Positions 1 to 14,227 of a DNA stretch of 64,000 bases are shown here, one piece after another; the first letter of the stretch is position 1; every line of letters begins with the position of its first letter. The position numbers and the translations under genes are program-made. Origin of the DNA: Camelus ferus. Lineage: Eukaryota. The notes under the pieces are model-generated. The model was not told where the DNA came from and ran no database searches. It worked only from the letters and a program-made list of their open reading frames with translations. Location: positions 20,834,001 to 20,898,000 of the forward strand of contig NC_045697.1 in the NCBI RefSeq assembly GCF_009834535.1, written 5' to 3'.

Positions 1-384
1 AAATGCACATGAGGTGGAACCATAGCTTTTAAACATAAAACTAGCAGAGATCCCAGAAGGAGAATCCTCCTAAAAGAATTTAGAGAATGTGGATGCCATT
101 AATCAAGGTCAGAGGTTCAGGAAAACAAATGAGTACTCACAAGAAAGTGGAAAGTCTTTAAATAAATGCACAATAAAATCAAAGAGTTCAAAACAGAAAA
201 CAAAAAACAACAACAACAAAAAAAACAGCACTTAGATCCAGGAGAAAACTTACCCTCAAACTCAGCAAGAAAGGTTGAGCAAGAAAGCAGTGATCTCAGT
301 GGGCTCTGTGGATACTGACACCTTCTTCACCAGCCTCAGAGTTGTTGGGGGTTGTCTCTGGATCCCACTTCTGACATCATATAA

Positions 385-823
385 AGTTGATCTTAAAACT
401 AAAATACATGGTTATTTTAGTAGCAAAAAATAGTTTATTCAGGCTTAGCTGAGAACTTCAATTTGGGGAAAAAAAACATGTTATGACAAAAACTGTAGGC
501 AAGTCTGGAGAACATAGAAGAGGGACTTGCCTTTATAAAGGAATAGAGGAACTAATAGAGGAAGGAGATGATTTCGAACTGAAGTTCTTTGGAGAAGAGT
601 GAGAATTCAGGGTGGTGATGACTTACTGGCTGAGCTGTGATGATTTTTATTTGCTAGGCTATTGCTAGTCAAGGAGGAAATATTTCTTCCCCTTTCCTCA
701 GGTATGTAAAGAAGGTCCTTCCTGTGGAGTCTGTAAACAATGGCTAGTGATAGTGCATGAGAGCTCCCATTTCTGGTCCTCCCAGCTCCATTTTAAATAA
801 GGTTTACCCTGTCTGCTTCCACA
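385..823 (-). mobile_element. Solo LTR, probably ERV1 class
   Basis: ~440-bp block ending ...CTTCCACA (TG start on the minus strand). TTTATT at ~434 gives a minus-strand AATAAA near the element 3' end. CTCCATTTTAAATAAGG near the right end resembles ERV1 LTR 5' ends read in reverse. Family from recall. Confidence 0.6.
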
Positions 824-1544
824 AATGTATGAAATATCCAATCTTCCATCTACTGATAAAAATCTAATTACAGATTTTATTGTGTTTTTGAAATCAATAG
901 GAATATTTACAGTAAAGTAATGATTTTTTGAGATTATGATTCACTTTAGAAAAAAGATAATGTTTCCTTCATAATATCCCCCAAATGAAGCACATGGTTG
1001 ACACTTAAAATGTGTGAGGAGAGACCATATTCAAGATCTTATAAGATGGATGAGGGTCCTAAATTAAACAAGAATATTCTTGGTTAATTGCCCTGGTTTA
1101 ATGTTTATCCTAAAATACATAAGTAAAAACTTTACATGATGTTCAATAATTTCTTCTCTCATATTCCATCACTTACAAAGATGAAGTGAAATAATTTAAC
1201 AATTGTTCTAAGTCATTGTTAGCATTTGCATTCCAGGATCCCAGATCACCAACCATAGCTTTCTAGTGCTGTCTTAATTCCATATTTTTTTCTCCTCTCC
1301 CTCCTTCTTTCTTCCCTTCCTTTTTTTTCCTTACTCTCTTCTTTCCTTCCTTCTTTCAGCAAATTGAATTATTTGCATATTTACTTTTACAAGAAAAGAC
1401 TCCAGTGATATAGTGGTAAACCAAAAGCATAGTCCTAGTTATCGAAGAATTAGGAATTTGTGGTCCAACAGAGAAGACAAATATTAATAAACTAATTGAA
1501 AATCTAAACATTCAGTTATATATGTATTCAAGATGCAGGGACAT

Positions 1545-1900
1545 GGTATCATTGATTGAATTCATATGTTAAAGCTTTAGCCCTCAATGTGATGGTATTT
1601 GGGGTGGGGACTTTGGAAGATAGATTTAGATCAAGTCATAAGGATGGGACTATCATGGTGGTGTTAGTGTCCTTATAAGAAGAGGAAGAAGGACAAGAGC
1701 TCTTGCTCTCTCCCCTACATGAGGACAAAATGAGAATGATGCCATCTGCAAGCCAGGAGGAAGTCTCTCGCCAGGAACCAAATCTGCCAGTATTTGATCT
1801 TGAACTATTAAGCCTTCAAAACTATAAGAAATAAATGTCTATTGTTTAAGCAATCCAGTCTATGGTACACTTGAGAACAGCCCAAACTGACTATTCAGAT
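1545..1900 (+). mobile_element. MaLR LTR, MLT1A/B-like
   Basis: Diagnostic MLT1 strings: AATGTGATGGTATTTGG, GTGTCCTTATAAGAAGAGG, GCCATCTGCAAGCCAGGAGG, AAATAAATGTCTATTGTTTAAGC..CCAGTCTATGGTA. Confidence 0.9.
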
Positions 1901-4900
1901 GACACTCAGAAGCAAATTTATTTCTTTATACCTAGACCTTTTTCCAGTTTTCAAGGCTCTGTGGTAGCAGAAAATACAGTCCTGCCAGTTGAAGGTAGGT
2001 AGTCACTGCTGGTTCTGTCAATTCATGATTCTCCTCCTTTCCTTCTTCCTTCTTCCTTTCTTTAGAGGAAATTCCATATCTTTTTCTTTTTTAACCTCAT
2101 TTGGAAAGATATCTGTACCACTGTTCATGGGAAATTATTCATGCTAGAGCCTGTAAAATGAACAATCTTCTTCTCCACTCCTGTGCTGACATGTTTATTG
2201 TCCTACCTTCTACTCTGATCCATGGGATACTTTGGAAACTATGCTTAAAATTTCAGGCAACCACTGCACCTCTCCTGGAAGGGAGATCAGAGATTATTTC
2301 TTTGCACTGGATTGGAACACCAAATATTCAAGAGATCAAAGTAGGAAGAGTAACAGGTCCTTTCACTTCCTCACTTTCTAGATTTGCCCTGATGCCATTT
2401 TTCTTTTACTCTGATTATCCATGCAAACAATTCTATGATGTTGCCTTATCCCAGATTTGCAAATAAAAAGGAGATTATGGTATTTCTGTTCTTTGATTCC
2501 TAAACCTTAAGGTTATATTTCTTTCTTTCTTTCTTTTTTAATCACTACAGTTCTCTTGATCTTTCATTCTACTGTTCTTAGCCTTAGATGGGGCCAATGT
2601 ATATGGTGCCTTTATCAATGAACCACACATATGCCTCCTCAATTCTGCCATCTCTAACCCACTCCAAAATACACTAGGAGTATACAACTGCTCTCATGTC
2701 ATTCATCACTTTTTCTAATTCTATTGATTCTCTTGTTTAAGAGAGAAATTTTTACTCAGATATTGAATGCTTATTATTAAAAATATTGAAATCACAGGTC
2801 TTTTTTTGTTGTTCAAAAATGTACAGCACTTGTAATTTGAAAGTCATGAATCTTCTACTATGACTATCAAAAAGCAATATAAAAGTAAAAGTAAAAATTT
2901 AATTTTTTTTAAAGTTATTCAAGCTTTAACATTGAAGACATAGCATACAGAAAAGTATCTGTTAATAGGAAGATGAGGCTAAGATGAAATTGGAAATAAA
3001 CAAGGTACAAAAACAAAAAACCCAAAACAACTTCAGGAAACACTTGCTACAAATCTTCTGATAATACTGTGAAAGGCAGCTGAAATGTGCTAGGCAATTG
3101 CACGCCTAAGAGACAGTATTGAGCTCTCTGCTTCTCTAAAAGAGTGACATTTATGCTTAAGCCTGAACCATGTTCAGAGAATACCTATGATAAGCAAAGA
3201 TTTAGAGTTTGGTGAAGGCAGAATATTCAGAAAGTATCAGTTCAGACACAATAAGGAAACAAATATTTTTTTCAAGGAACTGAGAAGCAAACAGTGTAGT
3301 CAGAACAAACAAAATGCGGAGTCAACTGCCACAGATAAGATTGCTGAATTGGTACCAAGCTTGGAGGCAAGTAAAGTGCTAAATGATTTAGATTTAAACC
3401 AGGGAAGGATTTTCAACGTGGTGTGATTTGTACTGTGCAATTATGTGGCCACCACAGCTGTGAGGCTGCACTTCCAGAACCATGGTCAGATGGGCAGCGC
3501 TCTCCAAGTACACGTGCCCCTTTAGGGGGATGCTCTAACTTGCCAATTATTTTTTTATAATGCTGCTGCAGAGCTAGATCTTTACAGATTTGTGCAATGG
3601 CTGTAACGGTCCCTATAACAGCTGGTCACTTTAAAATTTACAATATTTGAGACAATATTCCATTGTATGAGTGTGATCGAAAAAAACAAGCCTTTTTTGG
3701 TATATTCTGTATATGAGTACTCCTTCCCGAGGTTCCCAGCTTTATATAGTACATGCTTTGACTACATCCACCTGTGGATTTATGTCGTATATGCTGCCTT
3801 TACTACAATAAAACACCCTCACATATGCACCTTTAATTGTACATATGTGTGTGTTTGTGTTTTTTCTAGAAAGGTTTGTGGAAGCTTTGAAGGGATACAC
3901 TTGGAATGATACAGATAGGGGTAAAGGTGTTATGTCATCTTTTCTGATTGGCGTATAGAAAATAATGGCAAGTTTGGATGATCATAAAAAAGGTAGAGAA
4001 GTGACATTATAGCTTATGAATAGAAAAATATAGTTTCTAAATCACAGAGATGTAAGCATATTTTATTTTTTCATGAGATGAATTTCGGAGAAATTCTACT
4101 GTGTCTAGCTGAATTAATTTTTATGATCATAAAACACCCTAACATGTTTAAATGGATTACTGCCCATTGGCATTAATAAATTATAAACTAAAATGAAGCG
4201 GCCATTGGGAAGACATTTAGATTTTGGGTGCTAAACTTTAACTCATGATATGGAAAAAGTCAAATGATACATTAGTTAAATGAATATCTGGTCCTAACTA
4301 GTAGGAAGGAGCAGAGGATAAATTAGAAATAGTCACATAAATGTTAGAGCTGAAGCTCTGCATAAAATTTTGTGATTTTTGTGAAATGAAAAAAGTTATT
4401 TGTTTGCTGTACACCAGAGACTAAGATGACATTGTAAATTGACTATAATTTAATAAAAAAAAAGTTATTTGTTTAAAGTAGGAATAATAGCACAGAAAAA
4501 TATATGATCGAAGTCTAATTTTAGGGGTTAAACATCTTCAAAATAGTTTTATTTCTACAATATTACATCAATTCTAAATTAAATAATTAAATAAATATAA
4601 TATTTTAAAATTAATTATATCCCCAAATATGATTGTAGATTTTGTACAATTACAAAAAAATTACATGGAATCACTTGTAATGCTTTGGTAAATCATATGT
4701 TTCCTTATGAAACATTTAGTTCTATTATTTTATAAACTTATCTGATCTTTTTTCATTTTTTGAGACTAATCTAACATGTACATGCTATCATTTTAGAATC
4801 ACAGAATGTAACATCCAGCTACCTGCCCCAACCTTTTCTACATTTTAGATAACAACATACATTATTAAGACTTATTTAGTCTTCAGTGTAAGGCAAGGAT

Positions 4901-6231
4901 GTAGAATTACGTTTTTATAGTAAAGTGTATTAACATATAATGCCATGGCAAGTATTTCCAAAGAAAAATTTGAACTGTCTTTCTTACAGTCTAATCAGAG
5001 ATGGTTTTTACACAAGAAGTAAAGAATCTCTCTCCCAAGTAAAGAATAACTTCCCAACCTCAGACCAAAGTGGCAACAGTTTTAGAAGTTGACTGACATT
5101 GTTTAAAAATTAATTCTCAAAACAAAGATTATTATAAGATGGTATACATTAATGAGCTAATTACATAGTTCAAAATATTCCTCTCCATTTAAAATACTGT
5201 TATTCTTATGACAAGTCTGGACAATGCCATATTTCAATAACACTAAATAAAATAAAACAGTTCCGAATATTTGAGGTAGAGGTTGAATTAATTCATTTTT
5301 ATTTCACATTAGACTATTGCAAAATATCTCTATGAGAATTCTTATAGGCCATTTTCTGTATATCTAAATTATATTTAATGAAAGAACTCTTCTGTTACTT
5401 TATAAAATTGGCTCATTTATTTTATATTTTTAATATAAACTGACTGAATAAAATAGTAGTATGGAATTTGCTTTCAAATAGATTTTACTTCAGTAAATAC
5501 TTTAATGATATTGATCTTCTTTTAAAATAGCCAATGAGATGTTCAAGAATAATACATATAAATCTAATCTAAATGATGTAGTATATTTGTGTTTTGTCAT
5601 CAACAATATTCTACACAGTGGAATTTTCTCCAGATGAGAATGCTAATAGGTTATACTTGGAAATTTAAAAATAAATAATTTTGCCTCTGTGTGCATATGA
5701 ATATGTATTTAAAATGTCATTATTATTTTATAGTATTTTATATGTTTTATACTGATTATATTCATAAAGTTCCTTAACTTTAGGAAAAGATAAAAGTTAT
5801 ATGTTAAAAGTTTACTGTGTTCTTACAGTAATGTGTATAATTTATAAGCCTTTGAAATTATTTAAAACTCTGACTTTAAACAACTTATATAAAATAATTG
5901 ATTTCTTCTCAACTCCACATCTAGTACACATATACACTGGTTATTTATTGTCATATAGATTGAATTTAAATTTTTGGAAAACATAAACAGAGAAGACATT
6001 TAAAATTTTGCATTTGTCTCAGCATTTTTCAACAATAAATGAATTAGATGAAAGTAGAATCATTGTGCTAACATAGGTATTTTGTGCAAATATTATACAT
6101 TTGAAAAAACACAATGTATCTACACTTTAAATGACAATAATGGTATTTAGTAGAAAGGAATATTATAAAACAAATTATATTTATCTTATTTTATATTGCT
6201 TGTGTATAGGACAGTACTAGTGATGTGGGAG

Positions 6232-6800
6232 TGTATTAGTTATTTATTACCGATTAACAAATTATCCCAGAATTTATTGGCTTAAGGCAACAAATAATTA
6301 TGATCTCACAGTTCTATGAGCCAGTAATCTGGCATTATTTAGCTGGGACTTCTGACCCTGATCTCTCACAAGGCTGCTGTCAAAGTACTGCCCAAAGCTA
6401 CAGTCATCTCAAGGCTCCTTTGGGGAAAATTCCCTTTGAAGCTCACTCATGCAATTGCAGCATAATTCAGTTTCTCCCGGGCTTTTGGACTACAGGACTC
6501 AGTTGTTGGCTGGTATCTATGTTGGTTGGAAGCTTCCCAAAATTTTCTCCGTAAGTCACCTCGTAACATGACAGCTGGCTTCATCAAATTAATCAGGTGG
6601 TAGAGAGCAAGAGAATGTCAATAAGATGAGGTGACAACCTGTCACCTGTTGTATTTTCTTTGTTAAAAGCAAATCGACCATACTTCAGTTTAAAAAAATG
6701 AATCACTAAGTTTAATTCATACTGAAAGGGAAAGAATTATACAAAAATGTAAATACCAGGAATCAGGAATCTTTGAAGGCCATTCGTGAAGTATCTCAAG
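6232..6800 (-). mobile_element. MaLR LTR, MLT1 (E/F/G-like)
   Basis: TGTATTAGTT...AACAAATTATCCCAGAATTTATTGGCTTAAGGCAACA...ATCTCACAGTTCT is the reverse-complement MLT1 3' end. ORF 6300-6554 lies inside it. Confidence 0.85.
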
Positions 6801-8139
6801 CATAAGGGATGTTAAAATACATTCTTGCTGCAAAAATTTTCCAAATTTCTGAGTAAGAAACTGATCCCTATGAAAATCTGGAAAACTCTCAAAGTAAATT
6901 TTAGGATATGTTCTTCAGCCAGCCAAATGTCACATACCATTTTTCTGCAAATAATACTTTGATACTGATGTGTATATTGCATGGGTAACTCATGATCACA
7001 ATCTGTCAAAAAGTAAAGGCACACTGCAATAGTAATTATTTTCTAAACTGATCCTATTTGATACTAGAGTACTGTAAATCAAGAAGTTCTGTTAATGAAA
7101 CATAACTTCCATTTCTGCATTTGTCATGATTTCCAGAGATTTTACCTGTCTTCTTCTTACCTGGCTTGTACACAGAGCACAGTGGAAAAGAGAAAAATAA
7201 AATATATCACTATTAATTGTCCACATTCAAATAAAACACTAGGCTAAAAATTCGTATTTCTCAGATGGAGACACTGTCTTAAAAATCCAATGCATTTTGT
7301 AGTACTTTACACACTAATGCATACGTGCAAGCCAGAGCAAAAATAAAAATAACTACTCAGGTAATATTCTTTTATACTTACCCAGCTACTGTTAGATGAA
7401 TTCCTAGAAAATGCAGAAAGATATGGAACATTATTCTTCTTACGCTGAGTGATTCATTAATGTTCAACTACCTTGGATGATAATTGAACTATCCATGCAC
7501 ATTATTGGAAAAATGTAGCTTTGAAGAGTTAAACAAATGTAATGCAGGGAATAATGTTTCTCAGGAGGGAATGTGTGACCTACTCACTGTATTAACTTTG
7601 TATTGTCTTCGCTTCTATGATTGGTTAAAAAAAAACCTATAAAAATGATTATTAATATTTTAGAGAAGTGTTGGAAAGGTTATTACTCTGCATTTTATAA
7701 AGAAACCAACCAAACTACTGAAGACTACATTAAAAGATCATTTTACATGGTGATATTTACACAATATGCATTCTTTGGTTTGGAATATGTTCACTCTTGA
7801 ATTGAGCTATTTTTAAGAGAAGTTTGTCCTGTTTATTTGTGATGGTAAATTAATAAACACATTATTATTGATTATCTACTATGTTTTAAGTACTATACTG
7901 TGACACAAAAAACTATGACTTTCTTCAAAGAGGTTAGAAATACAGTAATTCAAATTTGTACATCATTTTAGTATACACAAAACAATTTCTCATATAGAAA
8001 GGAGATATTACCTACTTGACTTTTATTTCAAGTAATAACTTCAAGACTATGTGGCATACAATACAGTATACTTGAAGAATTCTGAATTCATTGTTTTATT
8101 CCTCCTACTAAGTTTTTATCAAAGCATGTCCACTGTAGC

Positions 8140-8325
8140 TTAGTACTTCCCTGCATGTCATCCGTGGATTACCTGATTGGAATCACCTGGACCATGTGTT
8201 AAACATGCATATTCTGGCCACAAACATCATCATTTTGTATCAAAGTCTCTATGGGCAGCCAGAAATTCTCCATTTTAACCAATCTCTCTGTCATTATTCT
8301 GCACAGTGAAGCATGTAAACCACTT
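8140..8325. mobile_element. MER5-like hAT-Charlie DNA transposon fossil
   Basis: GGAATCACCTGG...TGTTAAACATGCATATTCTGG...CATTTTAACCAATCTC...ATTCTGCACAGTGAAGCATGTAAACCACT. Confidence 0.7.
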
Positions 8326-8479
8326 CCATTAGTTTGTGCTAATCCATATATCTTAACTAGAGAGATGAACTTTCATTTGTGAAACTAATAGTGAGGGCTT
8401 GAAATATATGGGAAATAAACAGTAGAAAACTGGAAAGTGGTAAATTGTCCTTAAATGCACAGGAGTTTGTTTATTAATA

Positions 8480-8720
8480 ATAATAATTGAAAGTTTACTG
8501 TGTATCAAGCATTGTACCAAGTACTTTATGTATAGTGCCTAAATTAAATCTGTAAAGCATCCTTCTATAAGAGAGAAATTTCAAATCCCTAATTTACTGA
8601 TGAAGAAACTGACACCAGGACTATGTACTGAACTGACTAAGATCATACAAACAGTCATCAAAGGAGAGATTCAAAATCAGATCAAAATCAGATCAGTCTC
8701 ATTTAAATTCTCAACTTCTG
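8480..8720. mobile_element. MIR SINE fragment
   Basis: TTTACTGTGTATCAAGCATTGTACCAAGTACTTTA...TTTACTGATGAAGAAACTGA...AAGATCATACA matches the MIR core. Confidence 0.7.
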
Positions 8721-9371
8721 TGTTACCCTGGAGAGGATAACGTAGTTTGCAGTGGTTGAAGTCAGTTTCACTGGGAAAGGCAATTCATTTTAGGCTTTGG
8801 TATACAGAGAAGTGGGAGTCACAATAGTCACTAAAGAATAATTGAAGTTTAAATACACATAATATAGGTAGGAGGGTGTTCTTGCTTTGACTAACAGTGT
8901 AAGTAAATCTTAAATTTGGACGTAACCAGGAATGTATATGACACCAAATACCAAAGTGTAGAGGAGTCGGTAGAATTGACTTCCTGGAAATAGAGTGACT
9001 ATTTCTTTGGTAGCTCAGAGGTGAAAATTTTTACTTCCAACAATGAAAAGAAAGGAAAATTTGTATTTATGTGTCAGTATTTGAGTAGAACTTCCTTCTG
9101 CACATATTTATTGTTACATCTTAAGCATTTAAAGCACTTGACCACTCTCTTCCTGAAACTCTCTTCACCTTAAGGTTGAGAGCCCTTGGTCCATCTGATT
9201 TCCATTCATTACTCTCTTTTTTTGTCAATTCTCTGTCTCATTTCTCCTTCTATGCTTAGCCCTTAAATGCATGTTTTGTTCTGCATTCTATCCATGGTTT
9301 TAACTACAATATCTTCTGGGGGTTTCCTAAACTACTGTGCAAACTATTCAGACCTTATATGGCTTAACAGT

Positions 9372-9913
9372 AACTGCTGGGTGCCAATTCACTCAATATT
9401 TATTCCTTACTTGTTCTTGGCTGTTAGTGTTTCAATTTAAAAAAAAATTAGCACAGCTTTATATGGATCATCCTAACTCCCTAATAAAACTTTTATATCT
9501 TCTTCCAAGAGATTGGTTGAGAACTGAGTATATTCAATCCTAGCAATAAAATATGGGATAAAGTTGTCTGGAAATGGTTCCAGGAAAGGTTTCTTCCTTG
9601 GTAAAAGAGATAGAGATAGAAAAATTACCATTGTCCTTCAGTTGGACATTGTCAGATCTGAATGTTATTCTGGGATCTGATGCACCTATCTTACATTCAT
9701 ATAGAGGACTAGTCAAAGTGCAAACTGACATGGCAAGGATGGCAGAGAGGAAACACAAAAAAGTATTAATAACCATTGCAATATTTTTGAGTGTCAATAT
9801 CACCAACCTTGGAACTTAATGTTAAGTATGATAATGAATTTTTCTTCTTATTTGAATTATTTTAGTTTGGTGTTTTCTCATACTTGCAGCCAAAGTTATC
9901 CTCACTGATTCCA
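9372..9913 (+). mobile_element. MaLR LTR, old MLT1 (I/J/K-like)
   Basis: ATGGCAGAGAGGAAA and terminal TTTTCTCATACTTGCAGCCAAAGTTATCCTCACTGATTCCA are typical of the old MLT1 3' end. Confidence 0.7.
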
Positions 9914-12900
9914 ATGGAGAATGAGATGGATACAACTTTAAAATTGTGAAATTTTGTGCATGTTTCAGAGAATCAATTTTCTGGTCTTCATTAAATATTT
10001 TAAAAATACTTAGTAGTAATAAATTCTTTGAATGTACTGATTGACATATTGATGGCTTGTAAATATGCATCTTCTTTATGAATAAAGTTATTTTTCATTA
10101 ATTCCAATCTTATATTCACTAATACAATCACTTCTCTGTTACCATTTCTATTTCCTAAATGAAACCTGGTCATGTTATTCCAGTACTTAAACTCTGTTCT
10201 AATCTCCTGAGGTGTTTGCCTTTAAAAGAAAAAAGTCATACTGCCTACAGTTTTAATGTTTCAATTTCTTTATAAAAACTTCATTTAATGGCTCTAATCC
10301 TTCAAAAAAAATCAATAAGAAATGCATGCAAAGCTTCTTGAGTGATGGACTTGCCATGAATAAAGAAATAAGAAAACAGAGTAGAAGGGTGATCTGTCTA
10401 TACTACATTAGCTTTTCTGCTTCTGAAGATGAAGCAGTGTCCCCGTGAGGGGATGTGTCCAGGATACTAGGTGATGCGCATGGCAGGAGCCCCTGGCAGA
10501 AATGGGAGAGCCAACGAGAAGCAAAAGATACCGAACACAATTGAAAAGAGAAGAAAAATAGTATCTTTCAATTTTGGAATAAAGAAAGCTAACACTGGGA
10601 TGGGAAGGAAAAAGACAGGAAAATTAACATGTTATCTATTGAAACTCAAGGGATGAACTGACTTAAATTTCAGCTAATCACTGAAATCCTTCAGAGCAGC
10701 AGCTGACTGCATGCAGGGAGAAGAGCAGTGCAGTCTATCTTTGATTTGCCTAAGACACCATCTGTCTTCTCTTCGAGGTCCAGCACCTTTAGTGTGTTGT
10801 TTTGTGAAGAAAAGAATTCTCTTTCTTTAAGGTTCTGAGTCTTTACTGTTATTGTGGAGGGGAGGAAAGAAAAGAGATAAATGTGTTTCCACTTTACAGG
10901 TAAGCCTTGTGATCCTCCCTCTGCTGGTGGACAATGTTTATATGAAGCTGTTCAGATATTTATCTTCTGTCTATGGAAGGTGTTCAAACATGGGATACCT
11001 AAGGAGATGCTTGCCTTCTCTCAATTTCTCCACTGGAGGTTATGTAGAGTCTCCTTGTCCATAGCCTGGTCTCATCACCTCTCTCAGAGCCCAAATTCTT
11101 TTACAACTAGAGCTGTTAGCCCCCCAGGCACTCCCCTTAGCTGGAGTAACAGGTAGGTGCCTTGAGAACAGCCACTATCCTTGTGGGAAAAGTCTCACTT
11201 CTCTAATGTTTTTTGGTCCCCACTGTGTTGCAAATGTATAATACTGTGCACCTCTGTGTTCATAAGGCCACAGTATGACTGTCTATTCTGAAAAACAGGA
11301 GAACAATCTATCAACAATTTTAAAAATTGTATCATTTAGCAAAAACAAAACAAAACTAACAGTATTAACTGTTTCAAGTTGGGGTACATATACTCTCTTA
11401 TGTGTTTTCTTAACACTCTCTTTGCTTGTTTTCTTAAATTCTTTCATTACTTCATTATTGCTTTTTGGTAAAATCTGTAATATAAACTAAGGTAAATCAT
11501 ACAAATACATTTTATGTATTTTAGAATTTATTGCATGGACAAAATACCTAAAACATTAACTGTTAACCAAACTATTCCCAACTGTAGTTGTTGATATTAC
11601 ATATTAATTTCTTTGGGCAAAGCTTATTCTCAGGAGTTCAAACTATATGCATTGGCTATATTCAAACAAGCATGGACAGATGACCAGACATCTACTTGAA
11701 GAAAGGACTGAGGAGTTTCCTGTTATTGAATGCATGCAAAATGAAGTGATTAAGAATATACAGGTGACCTGATAATAAAACCCTATTCATTAGAGAAGAT
11801 GGAAGATTCTCATGTCTGTCATTTTCGGAAAATGTATCAATTCTCTTTTCTCTCTGCAGCATCTAAGTGCTTCAGTCCTTTGTTTATGCCTAGATGTAAA
11901 ACTCAGCACCTTTTCAGGTTCTCCTAAGAAAAATCTATTAGCCAAAAATATACCTGATTAATGGTTGTTTTCTTTAGTTTTTATCTGGGAAACAGAGAAG
12001 GATGCTTCTATTATAAACCTGACAAAAAACAGATAAAGAATTTACCCAGTTTTATTTTCCACACTCACATGTATCTCGGTCCTTCTTTCCTTCTCCTTCT
12101 CTCATTTGATTTTCACTTGGGATTTTTCCTGAGCACTTCATATTTATTTATCTATTACACAGAGCAATTCGTCTTCCTCCTGGCTCTTGCATACAATAAA
12201 AATTAGCAAAAGCATTTTTCAGTTATTAGTACCCCCAACTTGAAAGATCATCCATGTGTTTGCATAGGAGATTTACATAAGTTTCTTGTCGCCAGTCATG
12301 ACCTATGTTTGAACCATGAAAAGTAGAGAAAAAAATTTGCGGGAGGGGGAGGTAAAAGATTGGCTAAAAGCTAAATGACAGTTTGAATAACAAGCTATGT
12401 GATGTCAGAAATAAGATGGTTCCCACATGATGAAGCATAATATGGAACTAACAGAAAATTTTCCCCACAGCCTGGAGATCTGAAGTTCTCTCGTGGACCC
12501 CACTGGTGGGTTTGACAGTGAGTTGAACTTAAGCTTCCAATTTCTCCAGAGGGAGCCTGAGAAAGAGAAGAAGAAAATAGCATGATTTATGTTGTAGTTG
12601 GAAGATTTGTATTTGAACATGTGGGAGAACCACCCTGTGAACTTCACTGATAATCCAGGAGCACACTGGAGGGGGCATCAGATTCTGCACTTGCAGGCAG
12701 ATCCTGCGGAACATGAGTTTGCTGATTGCATTACCATCCCTTGGGAAAGAATGCTTGACACAACATGAGCTACCCAACCATGGACAGCACTTGAGAATTT
12801 GGGAGCTGGAGAGGACTTCCGGAGACCTAGGTCTCCTGTGTCCTATGTGCTCCTTCTCCCACAGCTTCTGAAGCTTGCATGCATTCTCAAAAAAAAATCA

Positions 12901-13877
12901 CTGTTATCATTAAAATATGTCCCATTGTTTTCTAAACAGTCCTATTAGATGTGATATGTATGCTACACAAACCATCCATTTAATGACATATGTGTCTATT
13001 TTCTAAAGATAAAGTATCTTTTAGAAAAAAATTACTTTTCATAATCTATAAGGATTTCATCAACCTTTTGTCTAAATGTCTTTCTGCTTTCTTCGAGGTA
13101 TTATTTTTTGTGGATAATGTAATCATATTTTCAAAAGAGGAAGAATTTAGTAAATGGTGAGAATGCAGGCTCCAAAAGCTACTTTTAAGACAACAAAACA
13201 AGACTATGAAGACAATTAGAAATATTAAGAATTTCTGAAACAAATTTATGGAGCTGAAAGAATATTTTATCAGGTAGGAATATAGTTTTGTATAAAAATA
13301 ATCTGATTCTTCCTACTTAGGCTATATTAACAGTTCTAAATTAAAAATACAAATTGACTTTTATTAAGAGGGTTTTTCTATATGCCAGTCATGGTTTTAT
13401 CTGTTCTTAACTTTCATTCAACCTGATTACTTTGAACCCATAAATAATAAAAATTACCAGTAAAATAAACTTGTCATAGGAAACATAGATTTTGTAGTCA
13501 AACAGGCCAAATTAAATTTTCAGTTCCTTTCTTTACTTCTGTCCTAAATCTGGACAAGATACTTAAATTCTTTACGTCACTGTTTTTCTACGCGTGTAAC
13601 GGTAATAAACTCATTTATTTTCTTGTGAAAAGAATTAAATGAGAATTTATTTGGCATAATGTTTGACATTTAATAGTTTCTCAATACATATTGATTCTAA
13701 TTCTTACTCCATTAGGAAATGGAAAACCGCATTTTCATGATAGACCCAGATTAGATGCCAAAAATAATTATATTAATGTCTAAGCATTGAATAATTGCTT
13801 GCTATGTACCAGTTCTAAGCACTTTACATGTATGGCCTCATTTATTTTTCAGAATATGGATATGAATATAGTAACTT

Positions 13878-14173
13878 CTGGGATCTGAGTGTGACTCTGA
13901 TTAACAGTCAGCAAAGAAATAAAGACCTTCGTATTACAAAAAACTGAATTATTCCAACAAGAATGTGTTTTCAAGTGAATTTTCTCTCTGAGTTTCCAGA
14001 GGAGAACTCAGCCTGGTCAACACCTTGATTTCAGTCTTGCGATACACTTGAGGAGAGAATCCACTAATGTAGGTCTGAACTTCTGACCCAAAGACTGTGA
14101 GTTAATAAATGAATGTTTTTTCAAGCCACCAAGTTTGTGGCCATTTGCTATGCAGCTGTAGAAAACTCACACA
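13878..14173 (+). mobile_element. MaLR LTR, MLT1D/E-like 3' part
   Basis: CAGCCTGGTCAACACCTTGATTTCAGTCTTG...ACTTCTGACC...ACTGTGAGTTAATAAATGAATGTTTTTTCAAGCCACCAAGTTTGTGG...GCAGCTGTAGAAAACTCACACA. Confidence 0.85.
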
Positions 14174-14227
14174 CGCTCATATGTGCCAAGCACTACTTTA
14201 GACCCTTGCAGTGACAGTCAAGATATG

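Noticed and set aside
2101..2466. 121-aa ORF
   Set aside because: TTG start, no recognisable motif or exon structure; the length is plausible by chance.
12821..12836. Perfect 16-bp palindrome GGAGACCTAGGTCTCC
   Set aside because: About one such palindrome is expected by chance in 64 kb.
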